Positions 1 through 10,750 of a stretch of 64,000 nt of DNA are shown one piece after another. Source of the stretch: Minutocellus sp. GHC0000111 (lineage: Eukaryota); NCBI GenBank assembly GCA_977018835.1, contig OZ361261.1, forward strand, positions 1,860,001 to 1,924,000, in the 5' to 3' direction. The notes below the pieces were generated by a model. That model did no database searches. It had not been told where the DNA came from and was given only the letters and a program-made list of their open reading frames with translations. Position 1 is the first letter of the stretch; each line of letters begins with the position of its first letter. A program made the translations under genes and the position numbers.

Positions 1-2
1 CG

Positions 3-824
3 CCAAATCCAGTCAGCAGAGAAAGAGAAGAGCTCGAGCGTATCAAGGCCGCAATGCTCGAAGACGACGAAGAACTCACAGCCGAAGCAGTCAAAGCCAA
101 ATTTGAGGAAGCACTCGATGAAGTCAAGGATAGTGAGGAGCAGCCAGTCAAGGTATTTGTTGAGCCACCAGGACCTGATGCAGCGCCTGAGGGTCCCATG
201 TCAATCGACGAGGCAGATGCCAAGGTCGCCGAAACAATTGAAAAGATGGATGTTGCCGTCGACGCCGAGGCAGCATCGGCCACCAAGATATCAATGACCG
301 GGGACGACATTGACAAGGATACTAGCAAGGAGACTGAAGAGATTGAGGAGGAGACATCTGGTAGTGGCGATGAAAAGCTGGACAAGGCTGTTGATAGGTT
401 GAAGTACCGCGTCGAGTCGATGGTTGGGCGACTGGAGGCTCAGCTCACCGACGTCGAGGCCAAGATCGGCGACAAGCTTCATTTGCTCGATAAGGATCTT
501 GACGAAACCATTTCCACCGAGGAGATGTCAGATGTGTTACAACAAGTGCTAAAGCGCAAACTAAGTGCCGAAGAAGCAGAAGCCATCGCTGCCGATATGG
601 ACGCGGACAAGGATGGCTTCCTCACCGTCGCCGAGCTCTCCAAATGGGTCGATAACAATAAGGTGATTAAACTCTTGGAGGAGGGACGGGAAGGCGAAAT
701 CGACCGAATGATTGAGAGGAGGAAGGAGAAGTTGTTGCGCGAGATGCACGAAGCTGAAGCTGAGGCTGAGAATGGGGATGAACCTCAAGACGAGGCGGCT
801 TCCAAGGCGGCCAACAAGCAATAG
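3..824 (+). CDS. LETM1: LETM1-like mitochondrial inner-membrane protein, C-terminal part with two EF-hands (5' partial)
   Basis: Frame is open from the window edge. A coiled coil (RVESMVGRLEAQL...KIGDKLHLLD) is followed by EF-hand loops DKDLDETISTEE and DADKDGFLTVAE, the usual LETM1 C-terminal layout. The LETM domain itself is outside the window. Confidence 0.7.
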   Translation, partial: PNPVSREREELERIKAAMLEDDEELTAEAVKAKFEEALDEVKDSEEQPVKVFVEPPGPDAAPEGPMSIDEADAKVAETIEKMDVAVDAEAASATKISMTGDDIDKDTSKETEEIEEETSGSGDEKLDKAVDRLKYRVESMVGRLEAQLTDVEAKIGDKLHLLDKDLDETISTEEMSDVLQQVLKRKLSAEEAEAIAADMDADKDGFLTVAELSKWVDNNKVIKLLEEGREGEIDRMIERRKEKLLREMHEAEAEAENGDEPQDEAASKAANKQ

Positions 825-916
825 TTGATATCATTTTTGACTCTAGACTAGTAGGTTTTACTACATCCCCAGCGTAGTCATACTTTAGCTAGCTATTGCT
901 CTAGTAGTCTATTATA

Positions 917-3900
917 TTACGCGTAGTAGACATGTGATAGTCCAACCGTCGTGTGGGGCTGCTCTTGAGAACGAAGTCGTATGCCGATTTCAACCTCGCC
1001 CCCGGCGAAGGAAGGGTCGTCCATTATCGGCCACAGGGCGAAGTTTTTCACCAATTCATCCTTGTACGTCATAAACTCTTCACTGTTCATTGTTTTCGTG
1101 ATCTTGCCATTGATTGCGATGTCGAATTGGAAATCATCGGTCACCCATTCCACGCCCAAGGAGCGTGACCGAGTAGCATTGCCGTCGTCGGTGAAGTAGG
1201 GCGTGGTATCTTCGGTCTTTCCATCGTTGACTTCGTTCCATTCTTTTGTCCTTGCATTTCCTTGGTTGGCGTGCCAGGCCTCCATGCGCACCAGTATAAT
1301 GCCTTCTTTTACATCGGGCAGGGTGAAGACCATCCAACCTGCCAGAGGATCTCCTTGGAGACATCCACGGCCATCATTGTGCCCAATAGCGAGGCAATTG
1401 TTGCCCGGATCACGCTCGCAAGTAGACATGTACGTTCCATCACAGAAACCAGTATGCGTTGTTTCGCTCACGACCCATCCTTGTCCTGGAACGACCTTGT
1501 CGTCGTCCTCACCAAGGCCGCGGTGGCTTGTGATAGTTGTGCTATTCAGAGTAGACAGTGATCGAAGAGAACGTCGTTGAATTGTTCTTCGCCTGTCTTG
1601 CTCTGCTTGATCCCATTTTGCTCTAAATGCCTTCTTTGCTCGTTGTAACCTTTGGCCCATGGTGTGTCGAGAGTTGTCCACAAGGCGTCTCCTCTCGTCT
1701 TCACCAGGCAAGCTATGGTCCAGATCTGGCGCAGCTTTGTGCGTAGCAATGGCAATCATGTGCACGTCTACTTCGTCGTCAGGAATTCGAGGGAACACGC
1801 CCTTCTCGGGATTATCGAGGAAAGCCACATCTACCCCTTCGTAGACATTGCTCTCCTCGATAATGGGTTTGTAGCCATTGGGAGCAGCCTTGATAATGGA
1901 CCGGAAGGAGGAAAAGTCTGGATTCGCCCGAGGCTGCCAATCTCCATACGCTTTCATTGGAATTCGGCACACTCGTGGGTATTTCTCCCACTTCTTCTCA
2001 CATGCCGCCCTGATATCTTCTTCACCTTCTTTTACCGTCAGAGGCTTGGCATCCATGTTCTTACGAAGTGTGTTTTGGATATCAAGATATGATTCTCCAA
2101 CGTGCCAATGCTCGTCAGCCAATGGGAAACCACCTTCCTCGCCAATCTTTGTCTTCCACATGTCCAACGCTGCATCTAGCGCATTCAGCACCAATAAACA
2201 CCAGACTCGTGCCATTCGCTTGTGAGCAATGTCGCCGGGATGCCATCCTGCTCTCCCGCCGACGAAATCAGTCTGCTCTGTGGGTGGCGTTACGTCCTTG
2301 CGCTTGGTCCAACAAACAGAATTGTATTTGTGAGCCTCGCACAAGTCTTTGCGGTCGGCAGAGCACTTGGACCATCGCAGAGCCCACGGGACAGTATCGG
2401 CTTCCTTTTCGTCAGTAGTTTCAATATGATCAAGATTATTGCCGTTCATATCGGTTGTCCCCAACCAGATCTTTCCCTCGGTCTCTGTCTCAATGTCTTG
2501 GCGCGGACAGTCGAATATCACCGGCACTCGTTCGCCGCCGATGATGGCCTGCTTCTGGAAGGTGTCGCTCGCGCCGGGATCGCGCTCCGTCATCGATGAG
2601 TCCCAAAGCAAGATGTCCTTTTCTCCATAAATGACACCACCGGCAAAGGCGGAAGGGGCCGTCCCAACTCCTCCCTGGGCACTGTTTCGGCTGATCAACC
2701 GAACACCCAGCTTGTCAAAGATGGGTTCCATCAGATGGTGAAATTGCATCGCCTTGGTCTGGCGAAAGTTGTTGCCGTGTCCGGCAGCGCTGGAATGTCC
2801 ACCGAGGACGACGTAAAAGTCATCGTGCGTAATGATGGCATGCAACAGCTTGCGGATGAGCCCGTTCCACGAGGCCTCGTTCAACTGCGCAATGCCCTTG
2901 GCGGCCTGTTGTGTTTCTTCGCCATCCTTGAGAATGTCCACACCCCACAGCTCATCTCGTGCCTTTTTTTCGTCCTCCGACATGGTGGTTCCATCGGCCT
3001 GTTTCGTTGGTTTGCCATATTCGGCATAGATGCCCTCTCGTACCCGATCGACCAATGCCTTGGATTCCTCAATGAAGTGAGTCTGATAGTCCCTGTCGGT
3101 CTGCCACGATCCCTGGGGGAAGTCCGCGGATGGCACATCTCGGTACGGGGTCTGGGTAAAGTCCACCGTCGGTCGGGGGCCCTCGCCCCCCTTGGCCGCC
3201 CAAAAGGTGTCGGAAAAGTTCCACGCCCCCCACTCCTGTCGAATGCGGGCCATCTTGGCCAGGAACCGTTCCTGCTCGGCATCCAATTCGGCCTGCGGAC
3301 GATCGTACAAATGACTGGCGTACGGCGATCGATGCTCATCGTGGATGTAATGGCCCTGCAAATTGAGTACGTTCTCCACCGTGATGGATTGGACGGCGTG
3401 CGACACCGAACTGATGGGCACGTTGATCACCTCGTCGTCAAAGTGTCCCTCCTCGGCAGCCTTGGCACCGGCCGGGTGGCCCATGTTGTAGATGCCGCCG
3501 AACGCGGTGTCGTGCGCATGGAACCGATATCCGGCGCTCTCGTCAATGTCGTTCCCGCTGTTGTTGGTAGCGAAGAGCACAATGTCCTCGTTGTCGACGA
3601 ACAGGAACGTTACTATGGCCAACCCGGCGATGAGGACGACGTTGCGCAACGTGCTGCTGTTGGCGTTGTAGAACCGTCTTAGCGCACTCGCCGAATTCGA
3701 CGATGACGGTGTCTTCCTGTTGGCTCTCGATGGCAACGACGATCGGCGGCTCATGCCCCCGTCGAATCCGGCCGTCTCCCTCATCAAGCTCAGTGTTTCG
3801 TTGTCGTCGTCATCGTCGCCGTACATGTTTTCGTCGCCCGCATCAAAGACCGAATCGGAATCGTAATTGTCGGGTTCCAGTTCCAATGCCGACATTCCGC

Positions 3901-4003
3901 GCTGGGAGGCGAGGAGCAGGGCGATCCGATCCTTTTCGGCGGCCTTTAGCTTGGCGGCGGTGGCCGCCGAGGTGGCGTCGTACCCGTCGGGATCCACCGG
4001 CAT
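917..4003 (-). CDS. Uncharacterised type II membrane protein with an SGNH-hydrolase-like luminal domain
   Basis: 1028-aa ORF with one TM helix (VVLIAGLAIVTFLFV), block-I-like VVLGGHSSAAGHG, NSAQGG, a late WHP motif and many luminal Cys. Confidence 0.55.
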   Translation of the reverse strand: MPVDPDGYDATSAATAAKLKAAEKDRIALLLASQRGMSALELEPDNYDSDSVFDAGDENMYGDDDDDNETLSLMRETAGFDGGMSRRSSLPSRANRKTPSSSNSASALRRFYNANSSTLRNVVLIAGLAIVTFLFVDNEDIVLFATNNSGNDIDESAGYRFHAHDTAFGGIYNMGHPAGAKAAEEGHFDDEVINVPISSVSHAVQSITVENVLNLQGHYIHDEHRSPYASHLYDRPQAELDAEQERFLAKMARIRQEWGAWNFSDTFWAAKGGEGPRPTVDFTQTPYRDVPSADFPQGSWQTDRDYQTHFIEESKALVDRVREGIYAEYGKPTKQADGTTMSEDEKKARDELWGVDILKDGEETQQAAKGIAQLNEASWNGLIRKLLHAIITHDDFYVVLGGHSSAAGHGNNFRQTKAMQFHHLMEPIFDKLGVRLISRNSAQGGVGTAPSAFAGGVIYGEKDILLWDSSMTERDPGASDTFQKQAIIGGERVPVIFDCPRQDIETETEGKIWLGTTDMNGNNLDHIETTDEKEADTVPWALRWSKCSADRKDLCEAHKYNSVCWTKRKDVTPPTEQTDFVGGRAGWHPGDIAHKRMARVWCLLVLNALDAALDMWKTKIGEEGGFPLADEHWHVGESYLDIQNTLRKNMDAKPLTVKEGEEDIRAACEKKWEKYPRVCRIPMKAYGDWQPRANPDFSSFRSIIKAAPNGYKPIIEESNVYEGVDVAFLDNPEKGVFPRIPDDEVDVHMIAIATHKAAPDLDHSLPGEDERRRLVDNSRHTMGQRLQRAKKAFRAKWDQAEQDRRRTIQRRSLRSLSTLNSTTITSHRGLGEDDDKVVPGQGWVVSETTHTGFCDGTYMSTCERDPGNNCLAIGHNDGRGCLQGDPLAGWMVFTLPDVKEGIILVRMEAWHANQGNARTKEWNEVNDGKTEDTTPYFTDDGNATRSRSLGVEWVTDDFQFDIAINGKITKTMNSEEFMTYKDELVKNFALWPIMDDPSFAGGEVEIGIRLRSQEQPHTTVGLSHVYYA

Positions 4004-4402
4004 GGCAACGATGTGTGACTACGAATCATACGACTGTGTGTTATGAATGAATGAATGAATGAAGAGCATGCCATGCGTGGAGGCAGTCAACGCAACGAGC
4101 AACGTCTGCAAATACATGTACTGGAAACGGCACAGCGGGCGGTGTCCCTCGCCATGTTTGGGTTGTGCTTATTTATTTTTGGCTCTGGCCACGCCACTCG
4201 GCGAAATTGAGAAACTTCACCGATTAAATGCGTTCTTTCCGTCGTCCGTTTCCATTACGTTTTCGACCGCCCAAGTTCAACCATCATGCACCGACCGTAC
4301 CGCCGATAGCAATTGCATCGTCCCTGGCTCGGCCTCCCAAGCACTGCTGCTGCATTTCTCTCCATTCATATACACAGCACACACAAAAATATATAAGCCA
4401 CC

Positions 4403-6340
4403 ATGCCCACTCTAGCGGTAAACCGCGACGATCTGTTCGCGCACATCGGCCGAACGTACTCCGACGAGGCCTTCGACGAGCTTTGCTTCGAGTTTGGGGT
4501 GGAGCTCGACGAGATCACCTCGGAACGGGAGGAGGCATTGAAATCCTCCACGGTCAAGCTGTCCAAGGATCAGATCAATGCGTTGAGTTCTTCCGTGATT
4601 TACAAGATTGACGTTCCCGCCAACAGGTACGATCTGCTGTGCATCGAGGGATTGAGCCGTTCGCTCAAAATTTTCCTGGGCGACATGGAGGCACCGGTCT
4701 ACACCAAGACGACGCCCGACAAGATGGAAACCATGACGGTCCAGCAGGAAACGACCGCCACGGTCCGGCCCTTTGTCGTCTGTGCGATTTTGAGGGACGT
4801 CACCTTCACCCCCGAGCGGTATGCCTCCTTCATCGATCTGCAGGATCAGCTCCATCGCAACCTCTGCAGACAGCGGACGCTGGTGGCCATCGGCACGCAC
4901 GATATGGATGCCGTGAAGGGACCCTTCCATTACGACGCCCGCAAGCCCGACGACATTGAGTTCGTTCCCCTCAAATCCTCGGACGATACCGCCGGTCAGG
5001 CCTTCACCGGCCGGACCCTCCTGGAACACTACGAGACCCATCCGGATTGCAAGCATCTCAAGCCGTACGTGCCCATCATCAAGGACTCGCCCCTCTACCC
5101 CGTCGTCCTCGACAACGAAAACACCGTCCTGTCCCTGCCCCCCATCATCAACGGCGACAAGTCCAAGATCACCCTCGACACCAAGAACGTCTTCATCGAG
5201 TGCACCGCCACCGACCTGACCAAGGCCAACATCGTCCTCGACACCGTCGTTACCATGTTCTCCGAGTACTGCTCCCAACCCTTCCAAATCGAGCCCGTGC
5301 AGGTCAATTACGTGGATGCCTCCGGGTCCACCACCAACTCGTACGTGACTCCCGAGCTGCCTACCCGCCGCGTCCAGGCCGGGGTGGACTTCATCAATTC
5401 CATGATTGGCATCCAAGAGTCGGCCGATCGCATGGTCGAGCTGTGCAACAAGATCCAGCTGGGTCCGGCCTCCCTCGAGCAGGGACCCGATGGCAAGCAG
5501 ATGCTCGAGGTCAGCGTCCCTCCGACGCGATCGGACATTTTGCATCCCGTGGACATTGCCGAGGACGTGGGCATCGCCTACGGATACAACAACATCGTCA
5601 AGAGGGTGCCGCATACCAACACCGTCGGTGGAGAACAACCGCTGAACAAGCTGGGCGATCTGCTCCGCGATGAGATTGGCCGGGCGGGATACACCGAGGT
5701 CCTCACCCATGGACTTTGCTCCATCCGAGACAACTTCACGGCCCTGCGCAAGCAGGTGACCGCCGCCGTCAGCCTGTCCAACCCGGCCAACGTCGAGTAC
5801 GAGGTGGTCCGGACCACCCTCCTCCCCGGACTCCTCAAGACCCTCCAGCACAACAAGTCGGCATCGTTCACGTCGGGATTCAAAATCTTTGAAATCAGCG
5901 ACGTCGTCCTCCCCGACGATCGGCACGCCATCACCGGCACCGTCGTCGGCGCCCGCAACGAACGTCGGCTGTGCGCCATCTACGCCGGACCTACCTCGGG
6001 CTTCGAGATCATCCACGGCCTCGTCGACCGCGTCCTCACCCTCACCGAGGTGGCCCCCGAGGAGGAGTACGTGTCCAACTCGACCAAGGGCGACGAGGAG
6101 AAGTTCCGCGTCGCCCGGGAGGGGTGGTACTACACCATCCGCGAGTTGAAGGAGGGCGACGACGATGCCGGCACCTACTTCCCCGGCCGTGCCGCCGAGA
6201 TTCTGCTCACCAGCCCCGCCACCGGTGGGGAGCGGGTCCGGATCGGTACCTTTGGCATCCTCCATCCGGAAGTTTTGGGCGCCTTCGACGTTGGCTACCC
6301 GGCAAGTTGCCTGGAGATCAACCTGGAGCCATTGATGTAA
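4403..6340 (+). CDS. FARSB: Phenylalanyl-tRNA synthetase beta subunit (cytosolic)
   Basis: MPTLAVNRDDLF, FDELCFEFGVELD, IDVPANRYDLLCIEG, QDQLHRNLCRQRTLVAIGTHD, PPTRSDILHPVDIAEDVGIAYGYNN, VVRTTLLPGLLKT. Confidence 0.97.
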   Translation: MPTLAVNRDDLFAHIGRTYSDEAFDELCFEFGVELDEITSEREEALKSSTVKLSKDQINALSSSVIYKIDVPANRYDLLCIEGLSRSLKIFLGDMEAPVYTKTTPDKMETMTVQQETTATVRPFVVCAILRDVTFTPERYASFIDLQDQLHRNLCRQRTLVAIGTHDMDAVKGPFHYDARKPDDIEFVPLKSSDDTAGQAFTGRTLLEHYETHPDCKHLKPYVPIIKDSPLYPVVLDNENTVLSLPPIINGDKSKITLDTKNVFIECTATDLTKANIVLDTVVTMFSEYCSQPFQIEPVQVNYVDASGSTTNSYVTPELPTRRVQAGVDFINSMIGIQESADRMVELCNKIQLGPASLEQGPDGKQMLEVSVPPTRSDILHPVDIAEDVGIAYGYNNIVKRVPHTNTVGGEQPLNKLGDLLRDEIGRAGYTEVLTHGLCSIRDNFTALRKQVTAAVSLSNPANVEYEVVRTTLLPGLLKTLQHNKSASFTSGFKIFEISDVVLPDDRHAITGTVVGARNERRLCAIYAGPTSGFEIIHGLVDRVLTLTEVAPEEEYVSNSTKGDEEKFRVAREGWYYTIRELKEGDDDAGTYFPGRAAEILLTSPATGGERVRIGTFGILHPEVLGAFDVGYPASCLEINLEPLM

Positions 6341-6675
6341 AGGTCCATGTATGTAGGAGGGTAACAGTGGGCATTTGATCGCTCACCGGTGGGACGATCC
6401 TGCCGATGCCCTTCACAGTTTAATAAATAAAAATATATGCAGATAAATTCGCAGATGGCGATATTGTACGTAGTTTGTTGTATGGGTAGGTTGAAGGGAT
6501 TGCCTCATATGTAAAAGTTTACATGCTATTGGGCCAGATCGAAAATATTATTCTTCTCCTGGCAACCCAACTGACTAACTAATAATCCATGTCGGTCCCC
6601 GCCCACGCAAGAGCCCGCACAAATAAATAAATGGCCATGGTAGCCTAGAGCCTACTAGCCTCCAACAAAACTTAC

Positions 6676-7614
6676 TTAAAACACCACGGTATCGAGCATG
6701 GTGCCCAAACACTGGATGATGTTGAGCTGCATCAGCTCGGCGACGCCGGCCTCCAGATGCTTCTTCGGGTCGACCTTGCCCACGTTCTCCACCAGGACCT
6801 CCTCCGCGGTCTTGCCCTCCTCGGCCTTGATCCGTTCGCCGTACGAGGCCGTCAATTTGAGCATCCGGTCCACGACAGCCTCGTTCTTGGTGGCGTGGTC
6901 CTCGAACTTGTCGACGGTCAGCCCCGCGGTCCAGTTGCGCTTGTGGAGATTCATGAGCATCTGCTCCTCGAGCTCGTTCTTGCGGTAGTCGATGACGATG
7001 GAGTAGTAGTGCCGGTTGAGGCCGTGGATGAGGGCCTGGATGGACGGTTTGTTCAAATGTCCGACGTTGCTGGTCGTCTGACGGGGTTCCTGGCCGAGCA
7101 TCATGAGCTGGGGGTTGATGAGGCGGAAGCAATCGATGACGACCTTGCCCTTGACGGATTGGATGGGATCGACGACGAGGGCGACGGCCCGGGGATTGAG
7201 GGCCTCGAAGGAGGATTGGGTGTTGATGTCGGTCGAGCTCAGCCAGCAGCCGAAGCCGGGATGGGAGTGGTACCAGCCCACCACCATCTCTCCTCGGCCG
7301 GTCTGCTGGAGCATATCGAGCATCTTGGTCTGGTAGACGGGATCGACGGCCTCGACGCTCACGGACGTACCGGACTGGGGCATGCTGAACACATCCACAC
7401 AATTGATGGTGTAGTCGTCGACGAACTGGCCGAGCATGAGGCCCATGACCTCCATGGGGACGCCGGCCCGGCCGTGCTTGAGCATCTTGAGGAGGGCGAG
7501 GGAGGACACGTGGACCTTCTCGGTGGTGTCGGGCGTCGGGGCGTCGGAGGCGCCGGCTCCGCCCATGCCCCCTCCGCCGGGCATGCCCCGCATGAGCTGC
7601 TGGATCCGGTCCAT
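6676..7614 (-). CDS. RPN11: 26S proteasome lid deubiquitinase Rpn11 (PSMD14)
   Basis: [30 protein letters not shown] motif [30 protein letters not shown]. Confidence 0.98.
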   Translation of the reverse strand: MDRIQQLMRGMPGGGGMGGAGASDAPTPDTTEKVHVSSLALLKMLKHGRAGVPMEVMGLMLGQFVDDYTINCVDVFSMPQSGTSVSVEAVDPVYQTKMLDMLQQTGRGEMVVGWYHSHPGFGCWLSSTDINTQSSFEALNPRAVALVVDPIQSVKGKVVIDCFRLINPQLMMLGQEPRQTTSNVGHLNKPSIQALIHGLNRHYYSIVIDYRKNELEEQMLMNLHKRNWTAGLTVDKFEDHATKNEAVVDRMLKLTASYGERIKAEEGKTAEEVLVENVGKVDPKKHLEAGVAELMQLNIIQCLGTMLDTVVF

Positions 7615-8030
7615 TGTTTGGTTTGAGTGTGTGTTTTTGTGTTGCGATTTACGCGTGCTGGTTTATGGATTCAGCGGACACTTGTGATGGCAATCAGTAT
7701 TGAACAGCACGCGAGGCTGCTGTGCGATGTGTATATTTTGGTAGCGGCGCTACTAGTATCCAAACGTGATGCGCAACGGCGGCCGCCAAAATCCCCATTG
7801 TGGAGGGCCGAAGAGAGAGATGGAGGGCAAGAGGTCCCGCTCGCTTTTTGTCCCGTTGTTTTGTCACCATGACATCATTTTATTCGATTTTTATTTATTT
7901 ACGTACGGCCGTGCCATACCGTACGGCAGACAGAAAAACCGGCCGTTGCTGCTCTCTTCTCCTGCTCTGCCGCAATCTGCCGCCGCCGGTATTGATTGCG
8001 GTGCCTCAGGTAGCAGGGGTGGGCGCTGCA

Positions 8031-9200
8031 ATGGGGAAGAAGTCCAAGAAGAACGCCGGTAGTAGGGCCAAGGCCAAGGCCAAGGCGGGGGGTTCGTCTT
8101 CGGCGGCGGCGGCTGCGCCATCGGCACTTTCGGCGGCGGCTCCATCAGCGGCGGCGGCTACTTTGACGACCAGTGGCATGTTTGACGCTCGAAACGGAAA
8201 TGGCTTCGAAAGCAGCAACGTCGGTGACAGAGAGGCTGGCGTTCTGGCCATCGGTGGAACGGCGGGGAGCAAGAAGCTCAAGTGCGTTCGCTGCTGCTGT
8301 GCGCTCAAGGACCTGGCCAAGGCCCATCAGTGTCCCGGCTGCGCTCAGCTGTACTGCTGGCGGTGTGAAAAGAAGGCATTTAGGGAATGCCTCAACGGCA
8401 AGAACTGCGTCGACCCTCTGCGGCGGTGCATGGATTGTACCGGCGGCCGAACGATGGCGAAGTTGAGTGGGAAGCCGTTCCTGTTTGATGCGGGTGGCAT
8501 CCTCACCATCGATAGATCGGACTACCAAGGAATGGTGGAACTCATTGCCAAGGACGAGCGTCTTTCGGACGCTGCTATCCACTTCAAAACTTGCTCGTCC
8601 CCCAAATGTCTATGGGACAAGGCTGTGGCCGATGAGCAGGGTCGTCGGTGGAGAAATCCCTCCGAATGCTACCCCTGTTACTCAGTCACCGACACCTTGA
8701 GATCGTCCTATTTTCGCAAGTGCTCGCAATGCATTCATATGCGGTGCACCATGTGCCATGAAGATGAGAACGAGCGGGTGCTCGCCTTTGTCCGCGACTT
8801 CCGCGATCGGAATCGAACGGATGACTACTCGGCAACGTCCCTCCTTGCGGACCTTCGGTCCGAATTTGACAGGGCATTGGTCAGATGTAACGTCTGTGAG
8901 AAGGATATCTGCATACGCTGCAACACTACCGATGTCAAAAGGGAAGGAGTCATGCATTTCGACTTCGAAAACAACCGCTTCCACACCACCTGCCCACCGT
9001 GCACCGAGAAGAAGTACTGGTCGGCCAAGCCCTGTACCAATCCGACCTGTCCCAACGAGGTGGGCGTACCAACCAAGCGATGCGGTGGCTGTCATATCGA
9101 CCGGTGCTGCAGCGTGGAGTGCCAGGGGATGGCTTTTCCGGCTCACAAGGGCAGGTGCCTCGCCATATCGACCAAGAGGGCTGCTGCCGCTGGGAAGTAG
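8031..9200 (+). CDS. Cys-rich protein with C-terminal MYND-type zinc finger
   Basis: Likely ATG at 8031 (MGKKSKK). Many CxxC pairs; C-terminal CTNPTC...CGGC...CSVECQ...HKGRC. Confidence 0.7.
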   Translation: MGKKSKKNAGSRAKAKAKAGGSSSAAAAAPSALSAAAPSAAAATLTTSGMFDARNGNGFESSNVGDREAGVLAIGGTAGSKKLKCVRCCCALKDLAKAHQCPGCAQLYCWRCEKKAFRECLNGKNCVDPLRRCMDCTGGRTMAKLSGKPFLFDAGGILTIDRSDYQGMVELIAKDERLSDAAIHFKTCSSPKCLWDKAVADEQGRRWRNPSECYPCYSVTDTLRSSYFRKCSQCIHMRCTMCHEDENERVLAFVRDFRDRNRTDDYSATSLLADLRSEFDRALVRCNVCEKDICIRCNTTDVKREGVMHFDFENNRFHTTCPPCTEKKYWSAKPCTNPTCPNEVGVPTKRCGGCHIDRCCSVECQGMAFPAHKGRCLAISTKRAAAAGK

Positions 9201-9482
9201 AAAGATGATGAGTAGTACTGATTAGAACTGCATCTCACGGGATTCGTACTTACTACAGGGATGATGTAGGCCGAAATTGATCTAAAGTAAATATCCATTC
9301 ATTTATTCGACTATCAGAGGTTATGGTACCTAGGTACTCGCTTTCTGCTGGTATGTATGTTGATTTATTTTTCTTCCTACGTGTACGAACCATGGTAGAA
9401 GGACTATCTGGTAGTCGTCCATTCCTCGTCTCAAGTATTCGCCCATTTGAAGCGCCATAGAATTTCCTCTAGCGCAAATATG

Positions 9483-10055
9483 CTATACAGCCACAGCTAT
9501 ACGTCGAAGTCTCGGAAAGAACTCCGACATAATTCTCTTCGACCAATGCTGACACTGCTCGTTGGTGTGCTGCAAAGCTGAGATTTCCAGAGCATACGGA
9601 GCCACCGCGTCAATGAAATCACTTGTGACATTATCACTCTTCTCAAATGTACCCGCCTGAAGCACTCCGTGAATTCCAGAAAGGAAGTGCGATGAAGTAA
9701 AGCCACGACCTTCATTATCTGGCTCATCAAATTGTCCTACATGTAGGGCGCTACAGAGCGATGCAACGACGCCCTCGTCGATGAGATTGTTCACATGTTT
9801 GGCCGATCCAACGTCCAGGTCGATGGCTACCGATTTGCCACCGACGACGTCGGTCGCTACATGAATCAGACTATTCTTGTAGTATGCCTCGCGAAGGTCC
9901 GAGCATGACGATCCGGCTCGCATGGCCTCGGCGTAGGAGAGGAAACGCATCGTGAGGGCCAAGGCGTCGACTGGCGCGTCCTTTAGGAGACCAGCACTCG
10001 GGGGTGCGGCTGATGCCGATGCCGATGCATCGGACGATATGGCCTCGATCGCCAT
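9483..10055 (-). CDS. Hypothetical protein with F-box-like N-terminal motif
   Basis: 190-aa ORF. LKDAPVDALALTMRFLSYAEAMRAGSSCSDLR resembles an F-box. Confidence 0.45.
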   Translation of the reverse strand: MAIEAISSDASASASAAPPSAGLLKDAPVDALALTMRFLSYAEAMRAGSSCSDLREAYYKNSLIHVATDVVGGKSVAIDLDVGSAKHVNNLIDEGVVASLCSALHVGQFDEPDNEGRGFTSSHFLSGIHGVLQAGTFEKSDNVTSDFIDAVAPYALEISALQHTNEQCQHWSKRIMSEFFPRLRRIAVAV

Positions 10056-10412
10056 TGTTTATTGCAGTATAGGATGATTCGGATACGGTACTTGCGCGAT
10101 GGGAGTGCGTCAAATTTGTTGGCGGCGGTAGGTAGGCAAGAACTTGGAGGAGACCACTGGAGGATTGACTGATTCTCGCAAGAAGATCGCACGAACTTCC
10201 GCGGCGCGTCTCGTGATTACTTGTGTCCGCTCTGATAAGACTGCCGAAGGAGACCACCCAGGGCAGCTGTAGAAGGCAAGTGCTAGGTATAATCACCTCA
10301 ATTGAATGGTATCGCTGAAAGGACGAGGCGATTCCACTCCACCCTTCGCATCTGGAGGTTGTGCCTCATCCGCTCATGCGCCTTCTTAATCTTGCTTGCT
10401 TGGTCGCTTGGT

Positions 10413-10564
10413 TAATCGAATTCTGCCAGGAATACGAATTCCCAATACTGCTAAAAGAATGCTACGGGACTCGCACCCGCACAACCGGTTAACTACTCAG
10501 CGCATTCAAGCACGGAAGGCAGTCTCTACTTATGAATGCTAAATTCCCCGGCTGATTTTGTCTA
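10413..10564 (-). repeat. LTR copy (3' LTR in minus orientation)
   Basis: TAATCGAATT...TTTTGTCTA on + strand; 150/152 identical to 10751-10902. Confidence 0.95.
10456..10507 (-). ncRNA. Putative 52-nt tRNA-like RNA in the LTR (second copy at 10794-10845)
   Basis: GAATGCG-20 nt-GCGGG/TGCGAGT/CCCGT-AGCATTC-T-TTT: acceptor-like stem, 5-bp T-stem with 7-nt loop, discriminator, then a U-run. Confidence 0.5.
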
Positions 10565-10631
10565 CTCCCCTTAGTGGCTGCACCCAGACTGTCTGGATCT
10601 GCCACTAACCAGGAAAATCTGCCTCCTCAAG

Positions 10632-10675
10632 GGAATCGAACCCGAGCTCCTCTCAGGTCATGAGCCACTCCGCTA
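10632..10675 (-). promoter_or_regulatory. RNA polymerase III type-2 internal promoter-like A and B boxes (degenerate tRNA-derived segment)
   Basis: A-box-like TAGCGGAGTGG (10675-10665), B-box GGTTCGATTCC (10642-10632), TTTT at 10617-10614. Confidence 0.55.
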
Positions 10676-10750
10676 ACGTCGACATTTACCTCAAACGCGA
10701 CCTCGCTGCAAGTGCTGCTCACACTGCGTGTCTCGCAGTAGCATTCTCCA

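Noticed and set aside
4043..4062. (ATGA)n microsatellite; also a 13-bp tandem duplication near 63970-63996
   Set aside because: Short simple repeats with no further structure.
4412..7626. Long antisense ORFs over FARSB and RPN11 (also 21622-22722, 34556-35743, 59611-60753)
   Set aside because: They shadow well-supported genes with strong GC3 codon bias and show no protein motifs.
10614..10690. A genuine tRNA gene
   Set aside because: A-B spacing is too short, with no convincing anticodon arm or acceptor stem. Kept only as a Pol III promoter-like segment.
10741..10750. PBS as a match to host tRNA-Ala (GCATTCTCCA)
   Set aside because: It resembles the end of some tRNA-Ala genes only before CCA addition; mature tRNA-Ala would need TGGTGGA. 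Not fully excluded without the host tRNA set.
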